The notes under the pieces are model-generated. The model had not been told where the DNA came from. It saw only the letters and a list, made by a program, of their open reading frames with translations, and did no database searches. A program made the position numbers and the translations under genes. From Eledone cirrhosa (Eukaryota), in NCBI GenBank assembly GCA_964016885.1, contig OZ024742.1, positions 35,898,001-35,962,000 of the forward strand: DNA of 64,000 nt, given 5' to 3'. Of this stretch, positions 44,655-58,044 are shown piece after piece (position 1 is the stretch's first letter; every line of letters begins with the position of its first letter).

Positions 44655-45300
44655 GTATACTTTCGTCTCTTCTTTTCTTAGTACCGTAACTCCTGTTAGA
44701 GTCGTGGGGGCATCATAGTGACATAAGGCGCTTCTAAACCATTTTGTAAAGCCTAATGACGCCCATCCCCCCTTCAGGTCTGAATACAGCAGATTTCTTT
44801 CAGAGAAGGATAGAGAATGAGTGAGAGGAAATGAGAAAGAGATATAGAGGAAGAATCAACCCCAGTACTAGACTGGTACTTTTTTTTATCGACCTCGAAA
44901 GGATGAAAGGCAAGTTGGTCTCAGTGGGATTTGAACTGAGAGAGAAGAGAACCGGAGCGAATACTGCAAAGCATTCTACAATTCGCCGTCATGTTGGATA
45001 CGTTAAAAACACATAAACTAAATAATTAGTTACATCATAAAAGATACAGTGGAAGTCAGCAGTCAGAGTTTGACACACACTTGTGGTTTAATCTTCGTTG
45101 ATCTTTATTTCCTGGAATTGTGTTAATAAGTGAATAAGTGCAATTAACTGTTTTTAGAATTAATATGAATGTCTTTAGATTTAATTAAACTCAAGTACCG
45201 TTTTATCAACATTTCTCAGATACTTTTAAAATTATATATTTTCCAAAACAATCTCCTCGCAGATTAACAAATGTAAGCAACATTGCCACCAGTTCTTCTT
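44655..45300 (-). repeat. Inverted duplicate of 25880-26499 (includes an old SINE)
   Basis: Near-identical reverse complement; both copies adjoin (GAA/CTT)n. Confidence 0.9.
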
Positions 45301-45663
45301 CTTCTTCTTCTTCTTCTTCTTCTTCTTCTTCTTCTTCTTCTTCTTCTTCTTCTTCTTCTTCTTCTTCTTCTTCTTCTTCTTCTTCTTCTTCTTCTTCTTC
45401 TTCTTCTTCTTCTTCTTCTTCTTCTTCTTCTTCTTCTTCTTCCTCCTCTTCTTCTTTTTCTTCTTCTTCTTCTTCTTCTTCTTCTTCTTCTTCTTCTTCT
45501 TCTTCTTCTTCTTCTTCTTCTTCTTCTTCTTCTTGCTTCTTCTTCTTCTTTTTCTTCTTGTTGCTTCTTCTTCTTCTTCTTCTTCTTCTTCTTCTTCTTC
45601 TTCTTCTTTTTCTTCTTCTTCTTCTTCTTCTTCTTCTTATTCTTCTTCTTCTTCTTCTTCTTC
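45292..45663. repeat. (CTT)n microsatellite
   Basis: Direct. Confidence 0.98.
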
Positions 45664-46064
45664 TCTACACACACTCAAAGAGAGGGGGTGGGAGGGAAAG
45701 AAAGTGAGATAGAGGGGAGGGGAGGGAAAAGAGGGTGGAAAAGAAAGAGAAGATAAAAAGGAGAGAGAGCGAGAGACTCTACATTCTTGGATAGGTGGTA
45801 TATCTTAACTGCTCCTCGTGGATAGGAGGCTGACAGGGTAACCCCGAAGAACAAGCCATCGATACCTGCTACATCAGCCACTCCACCTTGCGGGGTTCCT
45901 TCTTCAGGCGGGATTACCTCACATTCCGAGATGACAAGTACTGTCTCTTTAATTATAGTTTATCTTTATTTCTTGGATTCTTGGAGTTGTATGATAAAGT
46001 CACTCAGTGCAAATGACCGTGGGGCTGTGGTTCCCCCATTGCACATACACACATACACACACAG

Positions 46065-46197
<133 letters not shown>

Positions 46198-46622
46198 CTC
46201 TCTCAGCGAATTGCACTGAGTCACTTTGTCATACAACTTCAAGAAATACATATACATATACATACGTACATACATACATATGTACGTACATACATGCATG
46301 CATATATACATACGTACATATATACATACATACATACAAACATACATACATACATACATACATATGTACATATATACATACATACATACGTACATATATA
46401 CATACGTACATATATACATACATACGTACGTATATATATACATACATACATACACACATACATACACACATACACACACACATATATACATACATACATA
46501 GATACACACACACATACATATATACACACATACATACACACATACATACATACATACATACATACATACATACATACATACATGCATACATACATACATA
46601 CATACATACATACATGCATACA

Positions 46623-47022
46623 TGGTGGCTGCCAACTCGTTTTCGAGTACGGCCACTACTTTATATCCATGTAGGAGAACGCCTACCGATGCGCTGAACG
46701 AGTGTGACTTTTTAGTCCAGCCAGCGTATTGAAAACTCTGGTACAAACACTACACTTGTGACAATTATTGACACACAGTGCTGGGCCCATGGTACCATGT
46801 GAGGACAAGTGCAGAGAGATCTCCAGATATAAAGCAATGCCTGTGCTGTGAAGCTTTTATAGTGAGCAAAGGCACTGCACAAAGCCAGTCCCACTCTCTT
46901 AACCAAGATGATATTTACCAAAAAGAAGAACAAGTCAACATCATTGGATACCATCAGGGTTGCAGGTGTTATATCAGAGTTTTCCTTCTAGAATTCTGCC
47001 TTGACAAAGGCTAAGGGGTCAT
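46623..47022 (-). mobile_element. Family R copy within (TACA)n
   Basis: Near-identical to 871-1273; (TACA)n on both sides. Confidence 0.8.
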
Positions 47023-47281
47023 ACATACATACATACATACATACATATAATAAATTGCCATGGCCGACATTAGGCCACACCATTTCCCTACCTTCTCCTT
47101 TCTCTTTACATTTGATTACACTACTGAAGAGGCGACTACACTAATGAGGAGTGAGACCTCTAGGTGATTCCTTGATCTTCTAGAAATAGCAGCCAAATCA
47201 TATTCACAGCTACATGAGATAGTATAGGATATCGCAACACTGAGACTTACAAAAGAATGAGTTCTAGGGTCATAATAAGAT

Positions 47282-47329
<48 letters not shown>

Positions 47330-47809
47330 GTGTGAGTCTGTGTGTATGTATGTGTGTGTGTGCGTGGGTGTGTGTATGTGAGTGTGTGTGAGAGTGTGTG
47401 TGTGCGTGTGTGTGCGTGTGTGCGCGTGTGTGTATGTGTATGTGTGTGTATGTGTGTGCGCGTGTGTGTGTGTGCACGTGTATACTCATACATGTATAAG
47501 ATTGAGTATCGACTATCAGGGGAAATTAACCTTAAAAGATTTGTCTCCCTTGAAATTTAAAGATTTGTTTCCCTTTATACGTAAACATTATCTTTTTTTT
47601 TTTTTAGTTGACTAATTTTCTAATTTCAACTTCAATAAATAATAAGACGTTCACCTGGATAATATATGACATGCTATATTCCATTACAATGGTTTCTGAT
47701 AGTTAGTGTGGAGGAGAATTTTATTCTCTCTCTCACACACACACACTGTTATTATAGTGAAAGTTTCTTTTGAAGTCCGTGTTGCATTATCTATATGTTG
47801 AAAGTCAAA

Positions 47810-48528
47810 CAGAAACACACACAGAAACACACACTCACAGAAACACATACACACACAGAAACACACACAGAAACACACACAGAAACACACACAGAAACAC
47901 ACACAGAAACACACACTCACAGAAACACATACACACACAGAAACACACACAGAAACACACACAGAAACACACACAGAAACACACACAGAAACACACACTC
48001 ACAGAAACACATACACACACAGAAACACACACAGAAACACACACACACACACACACACACAGAAACACACACAGAAACATACACATACAGAAACACATAC
48101 AGAAACGCACACAGAAACACATACAGAAACACACACACAGAAACACATACAGAAACACACACACAGAAACACATACAGAAACACACACAGAGAAACACAC
48201 ACAAAAACACACACACACAGAAACACACACAGAAACACACACACACACACAGAAACACACACAGAAACACAGAAACACACACATACACACAGAGAAAAAC
48301 ACACAAACAGAAACACACACACACAGAGAAACACACACACAGAAACACACACACAGAAACACACACAGAAACACACAGAGAAACACACACACAGAAATAC
48401 ACACACACACACACACAAATACACACACACAGAAACACACACACAGAAATACACACACACAGAAATACACACACACAGAAATACACACACACAGAAATAC
48501 ACACACACAGAAATACACACACATACAA
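47810..48528. repeat. (ACAGAAACACAC)n compound micro/minisatellite
   Basis: Direct. Confidence 0.95.
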
Positions 48529-48898
48529 CAACAAAAATCTCCATATTTTCGTTTATTAATGTGTTAGGTTTTATTTAGTTAGAGAGGTAGAGTGAGAGAG
48601 GGGGCAGCTTGAGAGAGGGGGTTAGAGTGAGAATGGGGGGGGGGTATAGTGACGAACAGACAGAGAGACACGCCTTTTATTATAGTATGGTTTATATGGG
48701 TTGAACAATGGAAGTTAAAAAAGACGAGGTTTAGTGCTCAATTGGTTAATTAGTTTATTATATTATAATGTATTATATATACAGGAGACGCTGTTCAGTG
48801 ACTGTGACTGGTTTATTCAGTTGAAATTTTATATCTTAACATTAAATTAAGTGTATCGTATATATATATACATACATACTCGCCACCCCCCCCCCCCC

Positions 48899-48959
<61 letters not shown>

Positions 48960-49177
48960 CAAAGAGATATTTAATTTGTTGGTAATTCAACAAATATATT
49001 TATAACAGATTCGAAGCACTCGACATATTTTTCTGGAGTATAATATCAATGATATTAATAAATAGAAACTATATTTATAAATATAAGTATGTATAGTTTC
49101 CATTTATTAATATCATTGATATTGAGAAATGAAATTGCGTTTCATTTTTTCTGTTTATATTTATAAAACCATATTTA

Positions 49178-49234
49178 TTCTATTATATATATTTCAAGGG
49201 TACCAAAGCTTTGGTACGCCCTCATCAGATAAAA
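49178..49234 (-). ncRNA. Type I hammerhead
   Basis: TTTTAT-CTGATGA-GGGCGTACCAA-agct-TTGGTACCCTT-GAAA-TATATA-TA-ATAGAA. Confidence 0.75.
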
Positions 49235-49388
49235 TACAAAATTTGTTTTATAAATAGTGACATATCCAGGAATCAGACCCCTTAACAGTCGGGGTCTTGA
49301 ACATTTTCCTATTACCCACTCTACTACCCTGAGTATTGAGTACTCTGGTGCGTTATGGTCCACCTGGTTCCTTACCACACTTCCTTCG

Positions 49389-49444
<56 letters not shown>

Positions 49445-49485
49445 AAATGAAAATCCGAAGGCAAGGTAAAATTCCAATCATTTAA

Positions 49486-49559
49486 TCACGACACATGTTT
49501 CAATAACAGATAGATCGATTATGAAGCCACGATCGATTATCACTGATCTCATCAGGTGA
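49486..49559 (-). ncRNA. Type I hammerhead, homolog of 29257-29330
   Basis: TCAC-CTGATGA-[hairpin]-GAAA-CATGTG-TC-GTGA. Confidence 0.75.
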
Positions 49560-49820
49560 AAATGAAATTGTCTTCAAATTGTCTTCAAAATTCTTGATAT
49601 GAGGGGGGAAAAACGATGTTTCCCCACACAATTCATTCCCTCAGATTAAATGATTGGAATTTTACCTTGCCTTCGGATTTTCATTTTGATACTTATACTC
49701 CGTTTTACATCATCTAGCTGTTCCCTCGATTGGAATTGGAGATGTACAAAAGCGTGGAGAATTTAATATTGCTAACATAAAGTTATTGGACCTTTTTACA
49801 CAACCAATATTGCACCTTAC

Positions 49821-49858
<38 letters not shown>

Positions 49859-49983
49859 TAAACTTAGTCCTTCATCAGTGATCTTTCAACCTTCATTGGT
49901 ATTTCATCGCTTTAAAAATCACTGATGAAGGACTAAGTTTATTCATATGTAACCCATGTGCAACCACGCAGCACTCCATTTTT

Positions 49984-50037
<54 letters not shown>

Positions 50038-50144
50038 CACCACATACATATTTATATATATATATATACAGAGAGAGCGAGAGAGAGAGAGGGGGGGGGA
50101 GATTATCTATGTACGTACATACATACATACATCCGTAGAAAAGA

Positions 50145-50604
50145 TATCCCCGATAATAAACACATTAAAAGCTACAGCAATGTGGAAGACATCCATGTAC
50201 ATAATATGAAAGAGTACTGGTGGAATGTTCCAGTAAAAACCCCAATAAAAGGCAGGCATAACAGACCAGATATTATGATATGGGACAGGGAGAAGAAAGC
50301 ATGCACAGTAGTGGAAGTTAGCTGCCCAGCAGATGCCGCCAATATAATATCAAAGATTAGCGAAAAGGAGAATATTTATGCAGAACTGATGAGAAATCTG
50401 CAGATACTCCACCCTGATTGCACCTTCAGATTTATGCCTGTGATTATTGGAACACTGGGGTATGTTAGTAACTGCTTCAATACAAATCTTGAGAAGCTAG
50501 GCTTCACAGGAACAGAAAGAACACAACTAGTTAGGAAATTACAAGTACAATCCATTAATGGAACAGTAAAAATATGTAAAAGATTCCAAAATTTTTGCAT
50601 CTAA
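50145..50604 (+). mobile_element. RLE-type LINE C-terminal fragment
   Basis: WWNVPVKT..HNRPDIMIWD..VEVSCP..K..Y..PVIIGTLG. Confidence 0.8.
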
Positions 50605-50875
50605 TAACTGCATATACACATGTACAGATACAAAGCATATACACATGCACACATACAACTCAAAACATACACATCCACACATACAATAACATCCATATGC
50701 ATACATACATAATCTACCTAGTTGATGTTGTGTAAATTCCAATGAGAGAATCTTGTGTCTATCTTAGAAACCGACTCTCCCTCTATTGGGAAAAATTTGT
50801 GAAATTATAAAACCAGAAGAACATACATACATACATACATACATACATACATACATACATACATACATACATACA

Positions 50876-51465
50876 TGGTGGCTGCCAACTCGTTTTCGAG
50901 TACGGCCACTACTTTATATCGATGTAGGAGAACCCCTACCGATGCGCTGACGAGTGTGACTTTTTAGTCCAGCCAGCGACTTAAAAACTCTGGTACAAAC
51001 ACTACACTTGTGACAATTATTGACACATAGTGCTGGGCCCATGGCACCATGTGATGACAAGTACAGAGAGATCTCCAGATATAAAGCAATGCCTGTGCTG
51101 TGAAGCTTTTATAGTGAGCAAAGGCACTGCACAAAGCCAGTCCCACTCTCTTAACCAAGATGATATTCAGATATGATACCATCAGGGTTGCAGGTGTTAT
51201 ATCAGAGTTTTCCTTCTCCTAGAATTCTGCCTTGACAAAGGCTAAGGGGTCATCTCTCCCGCTGATTTTGGATGGCCATTGACTCTTAAGAGCTCCTTTG
51301 CCCTTTGACAGGTTTTGTTTTTAGTCCTGCAGGATGTCCAAAGTCACCCTCCTCACCAAGAAACCTTGGTGGGGTTGCCAGTTTAGTCGCCAACGACCCG
51401 ACCATGAGACAGGTTGTACTGGGATACATGTTACCAGTAGCACCATCTGGTGACCTGATACAGAT
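50876..51465 (-). mobile_element. Family R, longest copy
   Basis: Extends ~210 bp beyond the shared end of the other three copies; (TACA)n on both sides. Confidence 0.8.
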
Positions 51466-51555
51466 ACATACATACATACATACATACATACATACATACA
51501 TACATACATACATACATACATACATACATACATACATACATACATACATACATAC

Positions 51556-52266
51556 GTGGGTACTTGGTACGAAAATGCCGACCATAGATAGAATAAACTT
51601 CACTAAAATCCTGACATAGAGTTCCGATAAGTTCATAACATCCGAATTTGAAGGATTCCTCTATACAATCCAGGGCCAAGAAATCCCCACCAAGTACCAG
51701 ATGCACAAAAGGGGAAAATCATCAGGTGACAATAAATGTAGGCTGTGCACGACAAGCACCGAAGATGTTAACGACATTCTTGCCAAGTGTCTTCAAGTTA
51801 CTAGCTCCCCATAAGACATGATGTGATAGCTAGAATGATCTGGAATACACTACAGAAAACGTAAATAAAAACAAACGAATATATTGAGAATGATGGTTTA
51901 AAGGAATTCTAGTGGAAGTTAAAAATAAATCCGCGCCCAAATTAAAGCACTCCCTGCCTGATATTGCTGTTTGGGACTACACGTTTAAAAATATACTGTT
52001 GTAGAAATCAGTTGCCCATTCGATGTAAAAATACAAGAGAAGGAGTATACCTGAGGCGTTTGCAGATGCAGTATCCAAGGTACACGTTCAGCTTCTTACC
52101 TATTATTATTCGAGCTACAGGATATATAGTAACCCATCAGGCTCACAGTGTGCTTGAACTTGAGTTTGTGGAGAAAGGATGTAGGTTCCTAATTCATAAA
52201 CTACAAATGGCCGTAATATCTGGAACCTTCAAAATCTGTAAAACATTTTTACGATTCAAAAAATGA
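51556..52266 (+). mobile_element. Decayed RLE-type LINE fragment
   Basis: KCRLC..ED...ILAKC, RHDVIA and FLPIII..KICKTFL remnants, related to 50145-50604. Confidence 0.65.
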
Positions 52267-52390
52267 TCAATTGCGCAAAGGACGACGAAAATTTCCATTT
52301 GATTACAAACGTAAGACCTGGAAGGTGGCCACTCATAAATAAATCAAAAATTAAAATGTGGTCTTTTCAGTCTCAGTACTGGTGATTATC

Positions 52391-52491
<101 letters not shown>

Positions 52492-52549
52492 ACATACACA
52501 CATATATATATATAAGTGTGTGTATATATATATGTATATATATATAAGA

Positions 52550-52620
<71 letters not shown>

Positions 52621-52622
<2 letters not shown>

Positions 52623-52965
52623 AGAAAGTGAGGTTTTTTTTACAAAATAAAAAATAACCGAGGTGTCCTACACGAGTGAAAGTATAAAGAAAAAAAGATG
52701 AAATCGAAAATGCAACTGGAGTCTTATTTTAAAAAATATATATATATTTATTTGGTTCCTTTACCGGTTTCGCAGTTCTTCTGCTTTTCAAAAGTAGAAT
52801 TGATATGGAGGGTCTGTGGTTTTTCTCACATCAGACCCTCCATATCAATTCTACTTTTGAAAAGCAGAAGAACTGCGAAACCGGTAAAGGAACCAAATAA
52901 ATATATATATATTTTTTTAAATAAGACTCCAGTTGCATTTTTGATTTCATCTTTTTTTCTTTATA
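52621..52965. mobile_element. Family C fold-back copy 2 (U3-A8 HHR at 52854-52889 plus mirror)
   Basis: Arms 52683-52816 / 52832-52965. Confidence 0.85.
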
Positions 52966-54251
52966 TATATATATATATAGGAACCAGTAAGACCCCGACG
53001 GCTGAGCTCAAGCCGTTTCGATGGCTAATTCTGGACTAAATGAAAGTTTATCCTGGTATATAAATAGCCGAGCTTCTGAAGGGGTAATTCCATATATGGT
53101 CAAAGTGATTGTCACAAGGATTGGTCACAAGTTAGTAGTAATTCTGTGATGGCAGATTAGTGGGGGAGAGGGTGGCTAAACCTGCCAGTAGGAGAAAGAG
53201 GGGAGGGAGTGGAGTAGACCCAATCATGCGTTGGTAGTGCCAGCTACAGCTGGGATTGAGGTCAAAGAAGATACTAGGGAGGGGGAGGGGGAGGAAGTCG
53301 AAACGGTAAGTAGAACAATGAAGGGTAAAAATATGAAAAAAAAAATACTGAGTGATAAAAAGCGAATAAATGTAAAGAAAAAAATATAAGCAATTTCTAC
53401 GACCTAAGTCTCTAGCTATTGCTAGGCTAGATAAATAAATAAATAAATAAATAAATAAAGAAATAAAGAAAGAAATAAAGAAATAAAGAAATAAAGAAAT
53501 AAAAAAATAAGTAAATAAACTAGGTGGGACGGAATAGGAAAGGACCCTTTTAAGAGGTATAAGTACGTATATCATACGGTGACGGGTCAACAATGGGGGC
53601 CAAAATACTAAAGAAACTACCACGAAATAATTAATAAAGGTTTCTACCCCGGGCACAAGGCCAGCAACCACCCAGTGCAGAAAAGTAAACTAGTACGAGA
53701 TAATAATTCTGCGTCCCGAAAAATATATACTAATGCTAACTCTAATGGTACCGCCACGCTACAAAAGTTCTTATACAAGCTACATGAAAGTTCGTACGAG
53801 GTAAAAGTAGAATACGGAAAAATAAATTCAGAATCCACCCCGCCCAAAAGAAAAGAGAAGAAAGAAATACTGAAACGAGACATTATAGGCAGAGGTGCCA
53901 CTAAGAAATATAGAAGGCACGGGAAAAAGAGGGAGCGGTCGGATAAGGGGGCAAGTATCCGAGGTCTAACACAACTGCTATAAAAAGCGGAGTCCGCCAA
54001 ATCTATCATAGACTAGGGGAGGGGTGGGGGTGGGGGTACTGAGGCTACAAGGGGCCAAAGGGCTGCCTCGGGTGGGCGAGAAAAATACCCCGACAAAGAA
54101 AAAGAACTGGGGTAGAAGGACTAGGGAGGGATGGGGGGAAGAAGGAAATATAGAGGAAGCGATAAAAGAATAAAAAGAAGATCTTACGTCTCCCTTGGCA
54201 AGCAGGGGTTACCCATTACAAAATCGGCAAGTGGGGTGTTATAGCCCTAGT

Positions 54252-56419
54252 CTACCCCCCCCCCCCCCCCGCCGGGTCATTATGGGGTTTGAGAGCGAGG
54301 TAAGTCCTACGCAATCTATGTTTACATGCAGTAACCAGTTCATCTTTCTTGTTTAGGAGTTGGTCCGTCGTAAACAGTATTTGTAAAGTTTCCTCCGAGC
54401 ATAAATTGCACGGACGGCGTCCTCCCGTGTAAGAGTTTGCTCTGGACAGTAATCTCCAAGTGAGATCATAGGTGATGTTGTTGTCCTTGAGGTCCCATAT
54501 GTGGCCCGAAAGTGTAGTGGCGTGACGCGGGGCCGGGTTTCGGAAGGTATGTCTATGTTGGTATAGCCGGGTCTTGAAGTCACATGCGGTTAGTCCTATA
54601 TAAGCTTTGTTGGAGGTGTTCGTCCTCACGTTGCACTGGTAGATCACATTACGGTCTCTGCATCTGTTGTCGAGGGGGCAAATGGATCTATCAGGACAGT
54701 TGCACCTCCTGGTCGGCTCTCCACGGCTATTTAGGTTATTTCTTCCATCGGGGTTGAGTTTTTTGTTGTTAGAGGAGACGATGTTTTGTGCGAAGTTTGG
54801 TGTAGTGCTGTAAGAGAGTTTGATGGTATTTTTGTTAATTATGTTGTGGTAGCGGTGTTGTAGTGGGAAGTGTTTTTCAATGAGCCTAAAGAATATTTTC
54901 CCGATGGGAGTTGTCACCTCTGCGCTGTGGGGAGGATTGAACCATGTTACATTGCGTGAGCGGCGGTGTCGCCTGCTGGTTCCGCTAATGGGAGCTGGAC
55001 AGTAGGATATTTCCTCCCGGAAACCACTCCGCTTGAGGGCCTGGTTGTAATAAGGCGCATGTTCATCGAATATCCGCTCATTAGCTGACAAACCGGATAT
55101 GCGGAGGGAGATGTTTTTGACCAGGTTGTTGGGGATGTTCCTAGGATGGTTTGATCGGCGGTGGATGTAGTGCAGGTTGTCATTAGGTTTCCTGTATGGG
55201 TAGTACAGGTCGTTTTCGAGGTCGAGGGTAACGTCCAGGAAGTTTACTCGGGTCAGGGACGTTTGTAGGGTTATTTTAAATCCCCAGTCGCGGAAGAAGC
55301 TGATTAATTGTTTCCGGACCCGATCTGTACTACTGGGGTTGTACCCTTTAAGGGTAAGGAGCCCATCATCACGGTACAATCCACCACCTAATGCAGGAAA
55401 CATATCGGTGAGTTTGGCTATTAGGAATAATCCTATAAGATCTGTGACCTCCGCCGAATCCGTAGCGCCCATGCTGACGTCGAAGGGTGAGTCGGGAGCT
55501 CTTTTTATCCATTTGGAGTTGTCAAAGAGTAAGACTGTCTTCCTGGCGTGGAGGATGATTTTTCTTTCCTGGTCGGTGATGGGCAAGTGTTTCGGCGAAG
55601 TCCAAGGCAGCGGTAAGTAGCGGTAAGGTGATTGAAGCATAGTAGCTCTCTATGTCGAACTGGATGAATTTAGTGTCTCGTTTATCCTCCATATTGCTGA
55701 ACCATGAGATTACTTCCTGGGTGTTGATCCATAGGCTAAGTCGGGCGTGTTGCTTGACTTTTGGTATCACGCGGTCTAGGATTTTTTTGCTGATTCTCCC
55801 TATGTCGGACTTCGTTGGGTTAATAAGCCTGATAGAGGGTTTACGGTCAAAATCGGATTTGTGGTCCTTCAGTGTGAAGTAGGGTGTCCGTGGGTCTAGG
55901 GGTTCCGTGCGGTCGGCGACCCCGAGGCTGGAGGTAATTTGTTGTCCATCTCGATTTATGTCCTCGATGCATGAGTGGTTGGCCTTTTTATAGGTGGAGT
56001 TTAGGCTGCTCCTGATCAGTGTGTGGTATCTGTCAGGGTTGACAAAGTATAGGTTCCCAGTTTTATCCGAATGCACCATGATGTCATTGGTGTTATCATA
56101 CTCTGTTAAGTTGCTACGGAGTTTTTGTAGGAATCGGTTGTGTCTGGGTTTGAATTTAATGTTCTTGACCAGTTGGAAGAGGTCATTCTCGAAGGGTGAG
56201 AGCAAAGGGTTCGGGGGTGGGGGGAGATTTGTAGGTAATAAATCCAAATCTCTCCTTGGTGCCGAAGTCCTGGTTGTCGCAATATCTGTCGTAGAAAAAA
56301 GTTCTCCATCTAAGTCTTTTCGCAAATAGATCGATTTTTTGCGTGAGCATCCGAAGGTAAAGTTTTTTCGGTGGGATTGGGATGTTCTTGGTAGAGAAGT
56401 CGATGTTGTGTTTTCGCAT
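54252..56419 (-). mobile_element. Penelope-like element, Naiad-type, RT plus GIY-YIG endonuclease, two frameshifts
   Basis: Three ORF pieces: FSTKNIPIP..KRLRW; SDKT, FDIESYY; FDVSMG, GLYRDDGL, NFLDV, linker CxCx5Cx5C, NVIY..YIG, CNLC..CKH. Frameshifts near 56220 and 55585. Confidence 0.92.
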
Positions 56420-56504
56420 GGTGCAGGTTCATAATGTGTGGTGACAGTCAAGTTTGCAATTTTCAACTGTTGAAAATTGTAAACTTGACTGTCACCACAC
56501 ATTA

Positions 56505-56543
56505 TGAACCTGAAGATTGCGAAAGCATGAAAGTACTTGTTCA
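56505..56543 (+). ncRNA. Minimal type I hammerhead adjoining palindrome 56424-56512
   Basis: TGAAC-CTGAAGA-TTGC-gaaa-GCAT-GAAA-GTAC-TT-GTTCA; palindromic AGTACT. Confidence 0.7.
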
Positions 56544-56816
56544 ATTAACACTTAACATTTAATATTCTATCATACTATTTCATTATAATACCATTATAAA
56601 TTTTAAATAAAACGAGTAAATCAGACAAAGTTGGAATTCCTCTTATTAATATAATCTTCTATACACAATCATACACACCCGTGTATATTTATCTATCTAT
56701 CTCTCTCTCTATATATATATATGTATGTATATAACTGAGATGAGCTGAACAAGTAAATTTTAAACATTCTTTTAAAATAAATTAAAATACAATTTAAATA
56801 TTCACCTATCCAAATT

Positions 56817-56895
56817 GCTTTTACCGACGGTTTCGCCTCACAAAAGATTGGGAATCCAAAGGACTTCCAATGGAAAGATCGACTCTTCAGAAAGC
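56817..56895 (-). ncRNA. Type I hammerhead, canonical core
   Basis: GCTTT-CTGAAGA-GTC...GGC-GAAA-CC-gtc-GG-TA-AAAGC; GUA site. Confidence 0.75.
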
Positions 56896-57129
56896 TATTT
56901 CCATTACATAGGATTTAAAATCCCATAGCAAGCAAATACACCGCTAACTGCCAGCTAGTGAAAGATCGAGTAGGCCGTTAAAAATTGACCTACACGTGAA
57001 CTGGACGTCTAGTGAAAGCGGGGATATTATAGACTTGTTGTATGCCACACTACTAAAAATAGCAGCTAGGTACAACGTTTTTTTTCTCTACACATGGGAG
57101 AATATACATAAAATGAGATTAATATCTCA

Positions 57130-57217
<88 letters not shown>

Positions 57218-57271
57218 CGTTTCTGAATTTGTTTAGCAAGATTCTTTATCTGAAATCGTGTGTTGAAACCG

Positions 57272-57385
57272 ATATTGTTATACTTTGGGAGGGTCATGTT
57301 GCCAATAAGAAACATATATAATAAATTGAAGTGAAAGCAACTGGTGCGTGTGTTTCTTATTGGCAACATGACCCTCCCAAAGTAT

Positions 57386-57393
<8 letters not shown>
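57272..57393. repeat. 43-bp-arm inverted repeat
   Basis: 57272-57314 mirrors 57351-57393; related to 14795-14830. Confidence 0.85.
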
Positions 57394-57445
<52 letters not shown>

Positions 57446-57450
57446 AAAGT

Positions 57451-57795
57451 GATGAAATCGAAAATGCAACTGGAGTCTTATTTTTTTTTTAAATATATAT
57501 ATTTATTTGGTTCCTTTACCGGTTTCGCAGTTCTTCTGCTTTTCAAAAGGTGAGTTGAGATGGAGGGTCTGTGGTTTTTCTCACATCAGATGTGAGAAAA
57601 ACCACAGACCCTCCATCTCAACTCACCTTTTGAAAAGCAGAAGAACTGCGAAACCGGTAAAGGAACCAAATAAATATATATATTTAAAAAAAAAATAAGA
57701 CTCCAGTTGCATTTTCGATTTCATCTCTTTTTCTTTATACTTTCACTCGTGTAGGACACCCCGGTTATTTTACATTTTGTAAAAAAAAACCTCAC

Positions 57796-57802
<7 letters not shown>
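57451..57802. mobile_element. Family C fold-back copy 3 (U3-A8 HHR at 57626-57663 plus mirror)
   Basis: Palindrome centred at 57588. Confidence 0.85.
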
Positions 57803-57883
<81 letters not shown>

Positions 57884-58044
57884 TTATTAAAATAACAGAT
57901 TAAAGTTTAAGCAAAGAATCGCTGCTTTCACCCTTAACGGGATCTTCTGAAACTAACAAAGTCAATCTGTAAACGCAGAACTGGATATTTCAAAAAACGT
58001 TGCAACCGGAGGAAGACAGGAAGACGATACTTTGGTTCGTGGTA

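Noticed and set aside
45800-45860. CTCCTCGTGG resembling an HDV-like L3/P3
   Set aside because: No matching P1, P2 and P1.1 found.
47120-47200. CTGAAGA...GAAATAGC motif; similar isolated cores at about 29136 and 45901
   Set aside because: I could not build the three stems in any strand order.
53132-54009. ORFs of 100-180 aa downstream of the PLE
   Set aside because: Low-complexity, no motifs; likely PLE UTR.
57915-57955. Minus-strand CAGAAGA-TCCC..GGGT-GAAA hammerhead-like remnant
   Set aside because: Core substitution and no convincing stems I and III.
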